Translations under genes and position numbers: made by a program | Part shown: piece after piece, positions 13,421-26,949 of the stretch | Layout of the letters: every line of letters starts with the position of its first letter | Numbering within the stretch: the stretch's first letter is position 1 | The notes under the pieces: generated by a model | The model's input: only the letters and a program-made list of their open reading frames with translations | What the model was told of the DNA's origin: nothing | Database searches by the model: none | Origin: Spirogloea muscicola | Lineage: Eukaryota | Reading direction: 5' to 3' | Length of the DNA: 64,000 bases | Assembly (NCBI GenBank): GCA_009602725.1 | Contig: WELB01000006.1 | Location: forward strand, 916,632 to 980,631

Positions 13421-13860
13421 CCTGCCTGCTTGCATGGCTCAGCCACGTCCCCGCAACAACAAGACACTCTTGAATCTTCTGCTGTGACCCTGTTGCATGC
13501 AATGGGCAGATAAGGGCAGCCTCGCCGAAAGGTGAAGTAGGGTTGGCCTGGCAATAGTTCCAGCCCACACCCTGACGTAGCAATAATGATCCACACTCGG
13601 ACACATTGCGGAACTTGCGAAGCTCGCCAGCTTCTGGCCAATGTCGACTCTACTTCGCTATGCGAAGTGCGCTCTTCGCGAGCCCAGTCTCACGTCCATC
13701 TAATTCTGATGCAAGAATAGTGACTGACCAATTACAAGAAAAAACAATGTGACCGGCACAACCACAAGAATAAAGAGGTGCACTTCTGCTGCAGGACCAA
13801 CTTTACAAAACGTTAGCTTCCCAAGCTAAGCGGAGCTACCAAGTGCCCTGCTGTGGTCAG

Positions 13861-16202
13861 CTACCAAGTGAAATAAGGAACTGCATATGTTGGAGAAGGC
13901 GTTTCCTCTGTCTCAATCAGCCTGTGGAGGGCTTCCACAGAAAAGGTAACCTGCACTTGTTTAAAGTCCATGATCGCGTCATCACCAAGCCGTAGACTGG
14001 ATCTCAAAAGGCCGTCAGCGTGTATGCCTCCTACCACAAACAGGCTGTCCATTGCCACGCCACTGGCTCCAGCAATGTCGTGAAGTATGGAGTCTCCAAC
14101 CATGATACATTGCGACGAGTCCACCTTGGTCATCTCCGCAGCGGCCGCGTAAACCACCTGCAGGACAGATGCCAAACGGACAAAAGTGCCTGGTGACGCT
14201 TGAGCTTGCATAATCTCACACACGTTGCTATCTGGAAGGTGAAATTCCTATCTTTAGACAGTTGACCAAGCTTGGTCATTGCAGACACATGCACAGCACG
14301 GTCCATCACAGACAAGGGAACCATCTTGGCCTTAAGAGCACATGAAGGCAACATGAATTGAAGCAAACAAATACCCATGGCTCTACCCATTATTGTTTCT
14401 GAACCATGATAATCACAGCCGTGCAAGGCCAGCTGCAGTCGCAAGGGATTGCAACCATTGACGTTTTACTTGACTCTAGATGCACAAGAGAAATTCAGGA
14501 CATGAGATACTCTACATATGCATTTACCGGGTCAGGCTTCCCCATACACCGCACCTCCCCTCCCATCTCCCTGTACCACTTGCCCAAGGTACCTGACAAA
14601 CATAAAAGGCTAATCTGTCAGCTCCCGGGAAAGCTGGGCATCAGGACAACGAAGGCGTTGCAGTAGCTGATAAGCAGCAAACAGCTGAGCAGGAGCACCT
14701 CGACCAGGCCGAGAGCGCTGCCATGGCAGAGGAAGGACAAGCCAATATAATATACCTGGCATCACTCTGAGATCGCGAGCCTCCACGGTCACCAAGTCGG
14801 GGTTGGCGATGATAAGTGGGAGGGGCTTGCAGGTAGCTAGGCGGGCGCAGGTTGCCAAGACCTGCTTCATGTCATCAAGTGCGACGGGTCGCGCACCACC
14901 CCCGCTTGCTGTAGCGATGCCCATGGCTTCGGTGCCATGTGCTAGCAGGAAGTCGGCCTGCCCCACGTCCTCAACGACTTCCAGATCAAGCTCCTGCATC
15001 CAGTCATGGAGTCAGCTTTGCTGAGGTGACCTTGGCAGGTCCAGATGGACTTCGCCACCGACTTTGACGAACTCCCACAGACTATTGTGAGCTTGCTGCC
15101 ACGAAGTGACGAGCATCTGACCATTGCAGAAGAAGGCAGCCCTGGTAGACCATGACCAAACCAAGCAGACCTCCCACGGGATTGATGCAAAAGTCGTCCA
15201 CACTTGTCAAGGGCTTTGATACTCCTACAGTGACTGGTGAAGCGGCGAGGCTTGTGTACCTCGAGGGAGATGATGCCCCGGTCTTTCCAGGTGAAGTGGA
15301 CGCACCTCCGCCCCACATTGGCGAACCAGGGATCATCCCTCCTGCCAACAGAATATTTCATGAATGTGACGTGATGTACAAGCAGCAGCTGATGTCCGTG
15401 AACACAGCTGGCCCTCAAGCGCACCGCTAGGCTTGTGAGATACGAGCACCTGTGCTGATCGCAGGGGCGCGAATGCAAAGCGCCATGATCACCCATGAAG
15501 TTCCTGAAGTGGGTAAGCTACAGGAGCTCCTGACCGGACCAAATGTGCCTTGACAAACGCATGCTCGCTGCCAACCTGAGGAGCTTCTGGTGCGTCAGCT
15601 CGCCACTAGTAATGGCGCCGGCGAAGATGGCCGGGTCGAACCCCAGCGGCGCGAGCTTGGAGAGCGTGGCGGCGGCGCGCTTGGACGAGTTGCTGACGAG
15701 CACCAGCCTCGCGCCCGTGGCTGCCAGCCGCTCTACTACCAGCACGCCGTCCCCACGCACAAGCCCCAACGGCAGGCCGATCACCACACTGCTGCTGCAT
15801 AGCGGGTGCTGGTGAGCTCCGGCAAGCTATAGATGAAGCTGGCCGGCAGCGGCAGTGGCAATGCAGGGCTCACAGGCGTCGACGGCGCCCGGGTAGGGCT
15901 TGCGGCCGTCGTGCAGGACGCCGAACTGGTCCAGCAGCCAGGCCTGCGCAGCGACGACAAGGCGGCGGTCGGGCCGTGCCGGCGAACTTCGCGGCGGCGG
16001 CCTCTCAATGCGGCGGCGCTCCGAGATACGCGGCGTGAGAACCGCCGCCGCCGCCGGCGCCGCCGTGGCAGAGGGCAGGGCGCTCGTGCCTTGTACTTGC
16101 CGCTCGCCGCCAGCTCACCGATGCCGTCCAGCGCCACGACGTGGCGCGCCGCTGCCGCCGCAGTAACGGCGCCGCCGGCCCTCCGCGGCGCCGCGCAGCA
16201 CG
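13861..16202 (-). CDS. HAD-superfamily subfamily IIA hydrolase (At5g10460-like); start codon lies in the assembly gap
   Basis: Exons 16202-16090, 15943-15874 (AWLLDQFGVLHDG, motif I), 15735-15576 (LVSNSS), 15341-15260, 14993-14756 (IIANPD), 14592-14528 (MGKPDP), 14157-13861 (MVGDSILHDIAGA; TAG). Confidence 0.9.
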
Positions 16203-16407
<205 letters not shown>

Positions 16408-16409
16408 TA

Positions 16410-19400
16410 GCTCTGCTGCTCTGGGCGGCCGCCGCCGCCGCCGCCGCGCTCGCGGCGTCGGCCTGGCTACTCCTGCTGGCTCGGCCGTCGCCGGCGCCAT
16501 TGGCGGCTGACGCCGCCGTGACCCCCCTGGCTGCGCCGCGCATGCTGGACCTCGCCCAGGTGGGCCTGCCGCCGAGCTTAGCTCGTCCGCTTGCCCGCTG
16601 GCCCGCCACACGGGCCTCGACCGCCGCACAGGGCCTCCATGACGAGGCCGCGGCGCGGCGTGCCACGCTGCGCTGCAGTTCCAGGGCAGCCGGCGCGAGC
16701 GCATGCTGTGGGGCACATACCGCCCGCACCTCTACTTTGGCATCCGCGCAAGGCGAGTCTCGCGACCAAGAAACCTGATCCTCACTTTGGAGCACTGTGA
16801 CCAGCACAAGCAAGAGCCGTACCTGGGGAGCACTGTATCTTGCACTGGGGCCGGCTGCGCAGCTCCGCACCATGTTGGTGAGCTTCTGCCAGCAATCGAT
16901 GGCCCGGGCTCCGGACTTGACTGAGAAGCATCGAGCTGGTGACATCCCTCAGGACGCCCAAGTCGCTGCTTGGCGGTCTCATGTGGCTTGGTCTAAAGGA
17001 CGGTGGTTTATCCCTGCGCCACACCTGTGAGGAGTCGGACCGGCTTGCCCGATATGGTTGGCTCCGCCACAACGGCGAGAGCTTCGGCCGGCAGGTCGGG
17101 CGTGAATCAGCTCCTCCGTCCACCACGTTGTGCTGTAGCAGCAGCTCTGTCTGGCTCACTGCTGCATGGTGCACCGAAGCGGCTGCCTCCGGATGGTCAG
17201 CTCAACCATGATCAAGAGCCGTTCTGGTCCAGCTAGTCCTGGTGGCAGATTTGGGCGGCATCCTATATGCTCGCACGTTCAGGCTGGGGCGCTGCTGAGG
17301 CGGCGGGGCAGTGCTTGCTCCACAGGAGATCCTTGATGACCAGCGGCTGATCACCACGTCCTTTGTGAAAAGCTTCGAGCCTGGAGCCGGTTATGGCGGC
17401 AGCTGGGCGACCCGCTTCGAGGTCACAGAGCCTAGGTAGGAGCCACACCCCTCCTTAAGGCCACTGAGTGACTGGCCAGGTACTGGTACGACGCCCATGG
17501 CCCTTGCTTTCCTGTCACCGTTTGGGCCATGTCATGAACTCAGGACCAACTCCAGGGCGTGGAAGTCAATGTCAGTAGCTTTACCGCCCGAGCATCTCTT
17601 TGCAGATTACTTTGAGGTACTCGCGCATGTGAGCTCCAAATTTGTTGAGGTGTGGAGTTTCACATAAGCATGCTTATGCTCAGTGCCAGTGTCTATGCCT
17701 CGCCTAGCTCTGCCTGTTGCTGCAGCCAGTTCCGGGAGTCAAGCTCACCAGCAGCGGTGCCTCCCGAGCAGCTCGAGCAAGGAGGAGTACTCTGACCCTC
17801 TGAGGAAGGCTGTGGCGATCTTCTACATGGTCGATGAAGGAGGTGGGGAGCTGGCGCCCCCTCGAGAAATGCCACTCGCATCAGGCGGCATCGTGGCCTC
17901 TGGGACGGACAAGACCGTTGGCGAATGGGAACTGACCTTGCACGTTCAGGTATTGCACTGTCACCAAGCACTCTATGCCTACTGGAGTATATGAGTCTGA
18001 TGTAAGGATCTCAGGATAATAATCTACATGCAGATGGGCTTTGCTTTATCAATTAGTCCATGAATATGGCCCTCGTTGAACTGGCTCATTGTAGAAAGGG
18101 GCGGATGTAAGCTGGGTTGGCCTGCAGACAGCTCACATGCACAACATCACCGACCTGATGATGCAGGTCTACGTTCAGCAGGTAATTGAGTAGGAAAATG
18201 TTCCTGCACTGGGGAGAAAGTCATAGTAACCGAGAAGCTGAGCTTGTGAAGATTGTACGTAGGGATGCAATCTGAAAAAGGACTAGCAGCATGTGGGTAA
18301 AGTATCCAAGGAAGCAGAGGAAGCTACATAAGGCTCAGGAAGCTACATAAGGCTCTTGCGAGCAATGAAGCACAAATTTAAGCTGGTTAGTATCTGCAAG
18401 TCTTAAGGATTATCAATCTGGGATGAGGGGAGAGACAAGGTGGGGATCCTGCAGGTTATGCTGAGGTGATGGTGCTCCACTTTCACAGAGATTGCATTTG
18501 CACTACTTAGCAAGTGCCATAAGGCAAGGTCTCAGCAGCTACTGGACATTGAGATCTCCAAGAAGATTCTGAGCTAAATTCCCGCTCAGGTCCTGAATGT
18601 AATCGACGTCAGCCGCGAGAGCAAGCAGCACTGCAATCATATCAATCTGTAGGCCAGCTTTCCGCACAGGGTAGATATACAGGATGCTTAGGCTTCCACA
18701 CACACCTTCACAGATTTCATGCTTGACCTGGCCTCCTGTGCAGTTCAGGGAGCGGCAGATTGTGGAGTTGCCTAATATCAGCATGCACCACCCTAACCTG
18801 ATTGCTATACAGGTACATAGCAAAAATTTGTTGACGAATTTGGACAGTGCTTCAATGCTTCTTTGATAAGGAAGCGCCACCCATGGTTGCACGCCTTCAT
18901 TTCAATCAATGGATTTGCTTGTGTTGCAATCTGCACATTGTTCTGATAGATGGCGGCCCAACTTGGGGCAGTCCTTATTGCCTTGAGATGCCACGGCCAG
19001 AGACTGGCTGACTTTCAAGGGTGGCGGCTGATCTCTTCAGGTCTCTGCAAAGCCACCTCTTCAAGTGGATCTCAGTTTTGTGTCTGGCCTCGAGAAGTCC
19101 CGCGGTTCCAGCCGCGCCCAGGAGCTCGCAGGTTACTTGACAGATCCTGCCCTGACTGCTGACTGACCCTTTACAGGTTTTCATCTTCATGCTGCATCGG
19201 TCATATTGTCCATTGCTTCTTCTGCTCCTGACAGTCACACCGACTTGTGGCTGCCACTGCTGAAGTTTATCACTATCTGTCATGATGATCTCGGTAATCT
19301 CAAAGCAATAAGGCTTTATCAATACGAGAGCATGTCCTAGCAATCAAAGTTGTCCAATGGCAAAAGCTGCAAGCCGATTTCGCGTGCTCTTCCGTAGGTG

Positions 19401-22400
19401 AGAAGCTTAGCACCATGCTCAAGCAAGAGGAAGACAAATTCAACAGCAAGTTTCAGAGAGTCTTCTCCTTTCGGGCTGAGGTATGCACCTAGCTTCAGAA
19501 GGTATTTTTGTCTCCAACCAAGGGTGGCAAAGACAAGCTAACTCAGTTGACGTTGACTGCATGCTTGGAAAGGCAAACATTTTAGAGGCTTCATGCCTAA
19601 TGGCTGCCCACGATCTGGTCGTTGTGAGTAAGCATAAAATGCACGGATCGCAAGAGTTTTGCATATTCACACACTGGTATCGACAAATTTCAACACCCCC
19701 AGAACAAGATTGTCAAGTATGACAAGTATGTCAGTATGTCATGTATGTATGCAAGCCTGCTTGGATGGCTCTATTAGGCCTCTAAGCCTGCCCCTTTGCT
19801 GGAGGTCTTGCAGGTGGACTCAACTGACAAGGACATTGCCAAGGCTGCCCTCAGTAATTTGCTAGGTGGCATTGGCTACTTCTATGGCCGCTCCCGCATT
19901 CAGGTGTGACATTGTAGCCATTGACATTGTAGCCACATGCCAATGCCTGCTTCTCATGGCAGGCACTGAAAACGGAAAATAGAAGGTAACCTCACTGGAT
20001 TGGAGAGGCCATGAGAAAAAGTTGCTGTGGACAAGTTGCTATGCCGGGGCATACGCAAGTATCTCATATTGGACCATGTACTTGGTTAGTGATTTGCAAT
20101 CAACTAGGTGTGGGCAAGTAGCCTTCTACCTGTCACTTTGTCCTGTTGATAAAGGACTTGACAAACATCCTACTGCGATAGGCGACTGCCAGGAGTGGTG
20201 CGGAACGAAAGATACAGCTCTATTGGCCTGCTCCCCTGTACACGGCAGTACCCAGCCGGTCCTTCTTTCCAAGAGGCTTCCTGTGGGATGAAGGATTCCA
20301 TCAGCTCCTCATCAGGTTTGCACTTAATTTCTAGAAGCTGTTTCATGTAGGTCTGTTGCCCTGTTGCGCAACAAGTATCTGCCGACTGAAAATGTGTGTT
20401 GTCAGCAAAGTTCCCAGCCTTTCTTCTTCTAGGTAATTACGGTGGTTGTACAATTTTTATATAAATGCCGATGTCTGACCACCTGGCCTTAGAAGTGGTG
20501 ATACAGTGTCATGATGTTGCAGAAAGTGGGACAAGGACGTCCACCACGACGTGGTAGCACACTGGTTGGACCTTATGAATTGTCAGGGATGGATTCCGAG
20601 GGAGCAGATACTTGGGCAGGAGGCTCGCAGGTGATTGCTGGTTAGCTGCACAAGCAACGTGGCTAGCGTGAATAGCTACTCGAGGTCAACACTCATGCCT
20701 GGTTTATGTATGTGCCTGATGGCCATGCGCTATGCCCTCCACCAGCTATCGGTCTCAGGACTTCACCTTTCTCTTTGCTGCGTGTCGAGCAGCAAGGTTC
20801 CCAGCGAGTTTGTTGTCCAGCGGACTTCCAATGCCAACCCACCTACCCTCTTTCTCTCCTTCCAAGGTACGATGCTTTACCTCTGCTTCGCAGTTGGCTC
20901 TGATTCGTCAAGCTGGGCTGAGCGCATGTCATGGCAATTGTAGAGTACGCAAGAGAAGCTGGTACTTCTCTTGCGCATGCTGCTTGCTTTTATGTAACCA
21001 AGACTTGAAGATTTTATTTTTACATAAGAATTACTCCAATCTTTCCTGTAGATCTGGCAATGGAAGTGGAGCGAGGAGAAGGAACTGCAGATGATGTTGA
21101 ATTCCTGCGTAGAAGTTTTCCTCGTTTGAAGGCCTGGTACAACTGGTTCAACAGTACCCAAAGAGGCAAGTGGCACTGTTTGCATGCAGGTCTTCTGCAG
21201 GGTTACACATCAGGGCTTTGCATTTCTCAAGCGTATTCTCCATACATCAGAATATATTTAATGTCGTCCTTGTAATCTGATATCAAATGGTTCTCTAGCT
21301 TGCATCCTGCCATCGGTAGTGCCCTGTCAAGCTCCTCCCTGCTTCCATCAAAATCTGGTCAAGTGACCAGAGTGGCGTCCTGTGTCCTTCCATTATGGCA
21401 GGTTCCATACCTGGAAGCTACTACTGGCATGGCCGTGATCAAGATACGGAAGTCGAACTCAATCCAAAGGTAATGTAGCACAGACAAAGCCTGTGTAGTG
21501 TGAGCTGGTAGTCATTGTCTGTCATGATCGCAGATTACTCTTTGCAGCAACTTCTGGGCCCTTTGAGAGAATTTTGGTCCTGCAATTCAGGCTTATTCGC
21601 TGGAATGCCAGGTGCAATGTCAGATGTGCACCTGTTCTCTGCTGATTGATTTGAATAAAGCAAGACCAGAAGTCTGGTCCTTAATGATGTTTCCTGTTCT
21701 ACCACATGCACCTGAAGACTCTGACCTCGGGTTTGGACGATTATCCGAGAGCTAGCCATCCCTCGCGCGACGAGCGGCATTTGGATTTACGCTGCTGGAT
21801 GGCGCTGGCTTCAGAATGCATGTTCCGCATTGCCAGGATCATTAAGGAACCTTCTCATGTAAGATTTTTGCATATAAGCTCGTTATCTTGTTGTGATATG
21901 GTAGCGCTTGTTGTGAGTACTCCAAATGCTTTCCTTGTTAAACAGACATACATGGAAGTGTCACCAGATGCTGTGTTGCTAATTGATAGTTGTTTGTTTT
22001 GCAAATCCCTGTCTCAGGAGTATGAAGAGAACCTGAAACAGCTGTCGCAAATGGAAGCACTTGACAAGGTCAACAACCTGCTTCATTGACTGCAATGACA
22101 ATGTTGCAAGAAGTTGGAATTCCTGTGGAAAAGTTTTGCTCAAAGTAGCAGATTGAGCTCAGTGCAGGTCCTGCTTGCTTAGTGGAGTCAGTACAAGGAG
22201 CATCAAATTGCCCTGCGGCAAGGCCCAAACACTGAGATGGACCACCTCTTACTTGTTCAGCAACATCTGGATGCTGCCTCAGGTCGATACTTCGACTTTG
22301 GGAATCACACGGAGCAGGTGAAGAGCAGCGTTACTTTAGATGCCAACGAGAGAGTGGAGTCTCATTGGCTTTCAGATATAGCGATTGATTTACTTAGTAC

Positions 22401-23735
22401 TGTGCATGCCCAGTAAACCCTGGCAGCTGTGTACTGCGTCGCCTCTTGGATCCAGGTGAAGCTGGTCAGCACAGAGGAGGGGCACTGGGTACGGCAAGTT
22501 CTTGGCCGCCCCAGGCTGCGGTTGGTGCCGCAGTTTGGCTACAACAGCTTGTTCCCGCTCCTCATGCGGTTACTTCCTTCAGTGAGCACTCTGTCACTGA
22601 GCTGACTTAGCCCAGCTGATTCCATTATTTGATGTTGACGCAGCTGCTCAAGACTTTGTCTTTCATAGAAGGTGCAATCATTTGCATAGTGAGGGAGTAG
22701 TCGACAGCTTACTATCAGGTGACAGTCGAAGCTGTTGTGACACCCTCTTAGTAGTGCAGTCCTCAGATCGCCTGGGTCAGCAGCTCGAACTGCTAAGGGA
22801 CGAGACACTCCTGTGGACCTCCTTTGGCCTTCGCTCTCTCGCCACCTCAAGGCACTTAAAGCTTCTCTTCTTCAAACTTTGTGATTGTGATCATGCTGCT
22901 GCATGCAAAGCAGAACAATGTGCCTAGCATGGTGCAAATTCTGCCCCGGAGCAGGAGTTGATGTCACACACACAGGAGAGTGTTGGCTTTTTCGTTTGTG
23001 ATCAAGTTGTGTGCTTGCTGTAGGCAGCTCCTTGTACATGAAGTACAACACGCAACATGATGGCCCATACTGGCGAGGGCCTGTCTGGATTAATATCAAT
23101 TACATGGCACTATCCTCCCTCCACTTCTACTCCCGCGGTGAGCACTCCAGCCCGCTGTCAAGTGTGACACTCACCAGCCATGCGGATGCTGGGAGTCAAT
23201 GAGGAGCCGATCAGTTCTGGTATGCTTTCATCAATGTCGTACTATCATGAGCACAGATTGCACGATCAGGCGCTCCTGGCTGTTTACAAGCTACCCATAA
23301 AGATGTTATTGCATTCTTGTGATCCCTTGATTGTAATTTTTAGCAGCTCAAGGGCCTCATCACGAAACCGCCGCTAGTCTCTACACTGAGCTCCGGCAGA
23401 ACGTGATGAGGTGCGCCTCAAACCGCGTCCCAGGTTCATGAGTATTAACTTGTTAAATCGCCAGCTGCCTCGCCCTTACAGCTCCTTTGACAAAGAAAGA
23501 AAAGAGTCTTACATCCCTGCCTACTTGTTGGCATCCCCTAGAAAGTCTAAGGCACTTCATGACAAAGTACTTCCACCAACTTGACGGTTTCTGCAGGCAC
23601 ATTTTAGATGAGTACCGAGCAACTGGTTACCTGTGGGAGCAATACGACAACGCAAACAGTGGGAAAGGGAAGGGGTCACACCCATTCACTGGCTGGACAT
23701 CGTTGCTCGTTCTCATCATGGCAGAGAGCTACTAG
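16410..23735 (+). CDS. GCS1: Mannosyl-oligosaccharide glucosidase (ER glucosidase I, GH63), about 20 exons; start codon lies in the gap
   Basis: N-terminal type-II TM segment ([23 protein letters not shown]); [113 protein letters not shown]...[13 protein letters not shown] at 23735. Confidence 0.95.
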
Positions 23736-24121
23736 TGAAGTGCATGGCAAGGACAAGCACTTCTGTGCAGTTACAAGGTGTGCTTTACTTCAAGTAAGCA
23801 AGCAGATAAGCACAGACTGTGCTGTCTGCAACATTTTCAGCATTTTCAATCAGTACTGAGATGCTGGAAGGGCGCACAAGTTGAGGATAAGGAGGAAGAT
23901 TACGTACAAACAGGAAACAATTGTCAACCAATTTCTCAGTCAATACTTCACACCTTGCCACACAGCAATTGCCGGTAACTGTTAACCAAGCCACTCTGTG
24001 AAACTTAACAGTCAGCCTTCTTGCCATGATGTTTGACCTTTTTCACCACAAACAATCGGCCAAGTTTCAATGTAATCGATTCAAGACTGTTTGAGTACAC
24101 TAGGCCATTTGGCCTACGATC

Positions 24122-24901
24122 TTACTTGGCTTTGCCAGCATCCTTCTCAACCTCCTTGGTGACCTCATCTTCGGTGTTAATGGCGAGGCTGCCGCTCCCA
24201 CGGCGCTTGCCAACCAGGTCCTCTGCAAGGCCTTGGCCGCCGCCCTGCAGCTCCTCGCCCAGCGATCCGACAACCGAGCTCACGGCATTGGCAATCGAGG
24301 TCACGGTTTCGCTGGCGGCAGTGCCGAGGTCCACACCGGGCGCCGAGTTGGCGCTCGCGGCCTTCTGCGAGGCCTCCCCGGACATGTAGTCTGCCTCCTG
24401 CTCCAGATGCTGCGCTGCGCGGCCGGCATCCTTGTGTCCCGGGCTGGTGTCACCCCCAAAGAGGTCCTGCGCGCCGCGCCGCGCGTCCTCCATGACCTGC
24501 TCCGCGCCCTCCACCGCGCTCTCGGATGCGAGGTCCTTGACGACGCCCTCCTCGCCCTTCTTGCGGGCGCCGGCGTCCGTGCCCTCGCCCAGCACCTCGA
24601 TGAGCTTCGCCTCGGTCGGGATGCCGATGTCCTCCGAGTCGCGGTGGCCGCCCATCATGTCCTGCTTCAGCTCCTGCCCCAGGTCCTGGCTCTTGTGCAG
24701 CCGGCGCCTGTCCTCGCCCAGCTCTTGCGCCTGGGCGCGGCAGCCGCGCCGGCGGCCGGCCACCAGGGGCCGCGCGAGCGGTGCGCCGCCGACCAGCGGC
24801 CGGGCAAAGGAGGACGGCCTGGAGGCTGACAGCGCGCCCAGTTCGGCCGCGGCGAGGGCGAGCGCCTGCGGCGGTGCCGCGTAGGATGCGGAGGCCGCCA
24901 T
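24122..24901 (-). CDS. Single-exon hydrophilic, acidic LEA-like protein with a plastid transit peptide-like N-terminus
   Basis: ATG at 24901 (MAASASYAAPP...RRRGCRA|QAQ); mature part rich in A/E/G/D/K with no Trp and no Cys; codons mostly end in G/C. Confidence 0.72.
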   Translation of the reverse strand: MAASASYAAPPQALALAAAELGALSASRPSSFARPLVGGAPLARPLVAGRRRGCRAQAQELGEDRRRLHKSQDLGQELKQDMMGGHRDSEDIGIPTEAKLIEVLGEGTDAGARKKGEEGVVKDLASESAVEGAEQVMEDARRGAQDLFGGDTSPGHKDAGRAAQHLEQEADYMSGEASQKAASANSAPGVDLGTAASETVTSIANAVSSVVGSLGEELQGGGQGLAEDLVGKRRGSGSLAINTEDEVTKEVEKDAGKAK

Positions 24902-25145
24902 GGCTGCAGGCTGGGCTTGGGCAGCGGTGCCGCTTGCGAGCGGGCCTGCGTGAGCTGCAGCAGTAGCCGGCGGAGGTCGACCCTCAGCGGGCACGGCGGG
25001 CGCGGCCTTCTCACAGCGCACCCAGTCCCTCTGGCAATGGCGGCGGCGGCGGCGGCGGCGGTGGAGGCGGCGGGCTGTGGTAATCGGGCTTTCCGAGGCA
25101 GGGCTCCGGATTTGCACCCAGTCCCCAAGAAGACAAGTCAGCACC

Positions 25146-25262
25146 GCCACGTGGACTCCTTGGCGCTGGCCACCTGTGCGGGCACAGGGCAGACGGGGCT
25201 GCGGGGAGCCGGAGGAGAGGGAGCGGCCACGGCTGCCACGTGTTCTCTCGAGCCGACGTGGC
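25146..25262. promoter_or_regulatory. ABRE/G-box cluster plus a DRE/CRT core in a divergent promoter
   Basis: GCCACGTGG 25146-25154, GCCACGTGT 25235-25243, and ACGTGGC 25256-25262 overlapping GCCGAC 25252-25257, between two divergent hydrophilic-protein genes. Confidence 0.55.
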
Positions 25263-25697
25263 GCTCGAGGTTGGGGGCGCCCCAGGCTAGGCCATCAAAC
25301 GGTGGGGCCCCGGGTGGCGGGTGACCGCCGTCTGCGGTTAGCCGAGCTCGGCCCCGCGAGGGTGATTTCACCGAACCCTCACCCTCAGCCCCGCGACGGG
25401 CGAGGCGCCGCCCCCTGCTGCAGTTATCCGGCCGGTGACCCGGTCGGCCTGTCGGGGGGTTNNNNCTCCCCGGCCGCGGCGGCGCGGCGGCCGCTCGGCC
25501 CCACGCTGCGCCTGCCCGCGCCGCGCGGACCCCGCTGCAAGGCTGGAGGCCTGCGCGCCTCCGAGCCCTGTGGTGAGTAGCGCCTGCTGGCTCGCTCGGC
25601 GTCGTACTGGCGGCTCTGGCGGCGCCAGTGCCAGGGAGGCTCTCGGAGGCAGCGACGTCCAGCGGTCGGAGGGCCCGTCTCGTTAGCTCTCGCGACC

Positions 25698-26678
25698 ATG
25701 CTCGAACCCCCACTGAGTGGTCAGCTCATGTGCGGCTCTGTGGCTCTGTGTGCGCAGCAACGCGACCGGCGCCACGAGGCCTCTGAGCGAGGAGGCTTCC
25801 TTTCCAGGAGGAGCGGCGGGTCGTTCAAGCCGTCGCGGACGCTCATGGCGGCCGCGGGTGCAAGCGGCAGTGGTGGCAAGACGGAGTTTGAGGAGCACTC
25901 GATGGAGGAGGCGGCGGGCAGGAGGGCCAAGCAGGCGCTGGAAGAGTCCGTGGCGGACGCCCGGGACTCGCACGGCTCCGACGCCAAGTCCACCACCGCG
26001 TCCTTCTCGGAGCACTCGCTGGAGGAGGCGATGGGCGAGCGCGCCAAGGCCGCCATGGAGGGCTGGACGGAGCGCCTGCAGAGCGACGGCGACAGTGGTG
26101 GCGTTGTCGCTCCAGCGCCTGGGAAGGGCTCGTGGCGTGCGGATGGGGACGGCTCCATGGGTGATGCTGCAGGCGGACTCCTGGAAGAGAGACAGTCGCA
26201 ACAAGGGTCAGGAGGTGGGGAGGCAGAGCGAGGCTCGCATGATTCGACGGCAGCGAGTGCCGTTGGCAAGATCACGAGAGGCGCAGGTGAGGCGGGCGTT
26301 GATGCCGGGGCCGTCACGGTCGACGACCTGGCCCAGCACGAGCGGCAACTGCGGGCGGCCAACCGGCCCCTGACGACTGGCCGGCTGGCCTCCATCCAGC
26401 CTGCACCCCACAAGGAGAGCGTCACAGCCAACAGTCGGGCGGGCGTGGCAGGCGGTTCTGCGATGCTGAACGTGCTGATGTCCCCGAAGTCCGGCGGCGA
26501 GGTCGTTATGCGAGGCAGTGGCAACAGGATCGAGGGCTTTGCAGAAGCGGCGTCGCTGCAGACCTGGCTGGCTGAGGAGGGCATGCTGAAGGAGGACTAC
26601 CTTCGGCGGGCAGAGGGCTTCCTTGCCGAGGGCGCAGCAGCCATCCAGGAGAGGACAGGTGCTGGCAGCAGCTCGTAA
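25698..26678 (+). CDS. Hydrophilic Ala/Gly/Glu/Ser-rich protein of unknown function (LEA-like); a 5' exon near 25466-25572 is possible
   Basis: 326-aa ORF with an internal repeat FEEHSMEEAAGRRAKQALE / FSEHSLEEAMGERAKAAME; GTGAGT donor at ~25573; 4-N gap at 25462-25465. Confidence 0.65.
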   Translation: MLEPPLSGQLMCGSVALCAQQRDRRHEASERGGFLSRRSGGSFKPSRTLMAAAGASGSGGKTEFEEHSMEEAAGRRAKQALEESVADARDSHGSDAKSTTASFSEHSLEEAMGERAKAAMEGWTERLQSDGDSGGVVAPAPGKGSWRADGDGSMGDAAGGLLEERQSQQGSGGGEAERGSHDSTAASAVGKITRGAGEAGVDAGAVTVDDLAQHERQLRAANRPLTTGRLASIQPAPHKESVTANSRAGVAGGSAMLNVLMSPKSGGEVVMRGSGNRIEGFAEAASLQTWLAEEGMLKEDYLRRAEGFLAEGAAAIQERTGAGSSS

Positions 26679-26949
26679 TGAGCAGCGGTCACAATCGCTG
26701 TGCGCGTACATTGTCGATGTTGGTTGTACATGTGTTTGCAGTTGCATTCTGACTTCAACTAGTTAGTTGCGCTTCTTGGTTCTGTGCCATATACAGACCA
26801 TGGAATTGCACAGCTGCTGAAAGGCCGCGATGATCCCAGTCTCTCAGGACTTCTATCAGAAGCCTGTATGTTGCAATTGGCACAGTAAACCCTTGGTAGC
26901 TTGACACACTTGGTAAGCATGATGCTATGTCATCTGCACAACTGTAGCT

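Noticed and set aside
18320..19936. Short 14-18-bp tandem duplications in GCS1 introns (about 18320-18355 and 19907-19936)
   Set aside because: Ordinary slippage-type duplications with no further structure.
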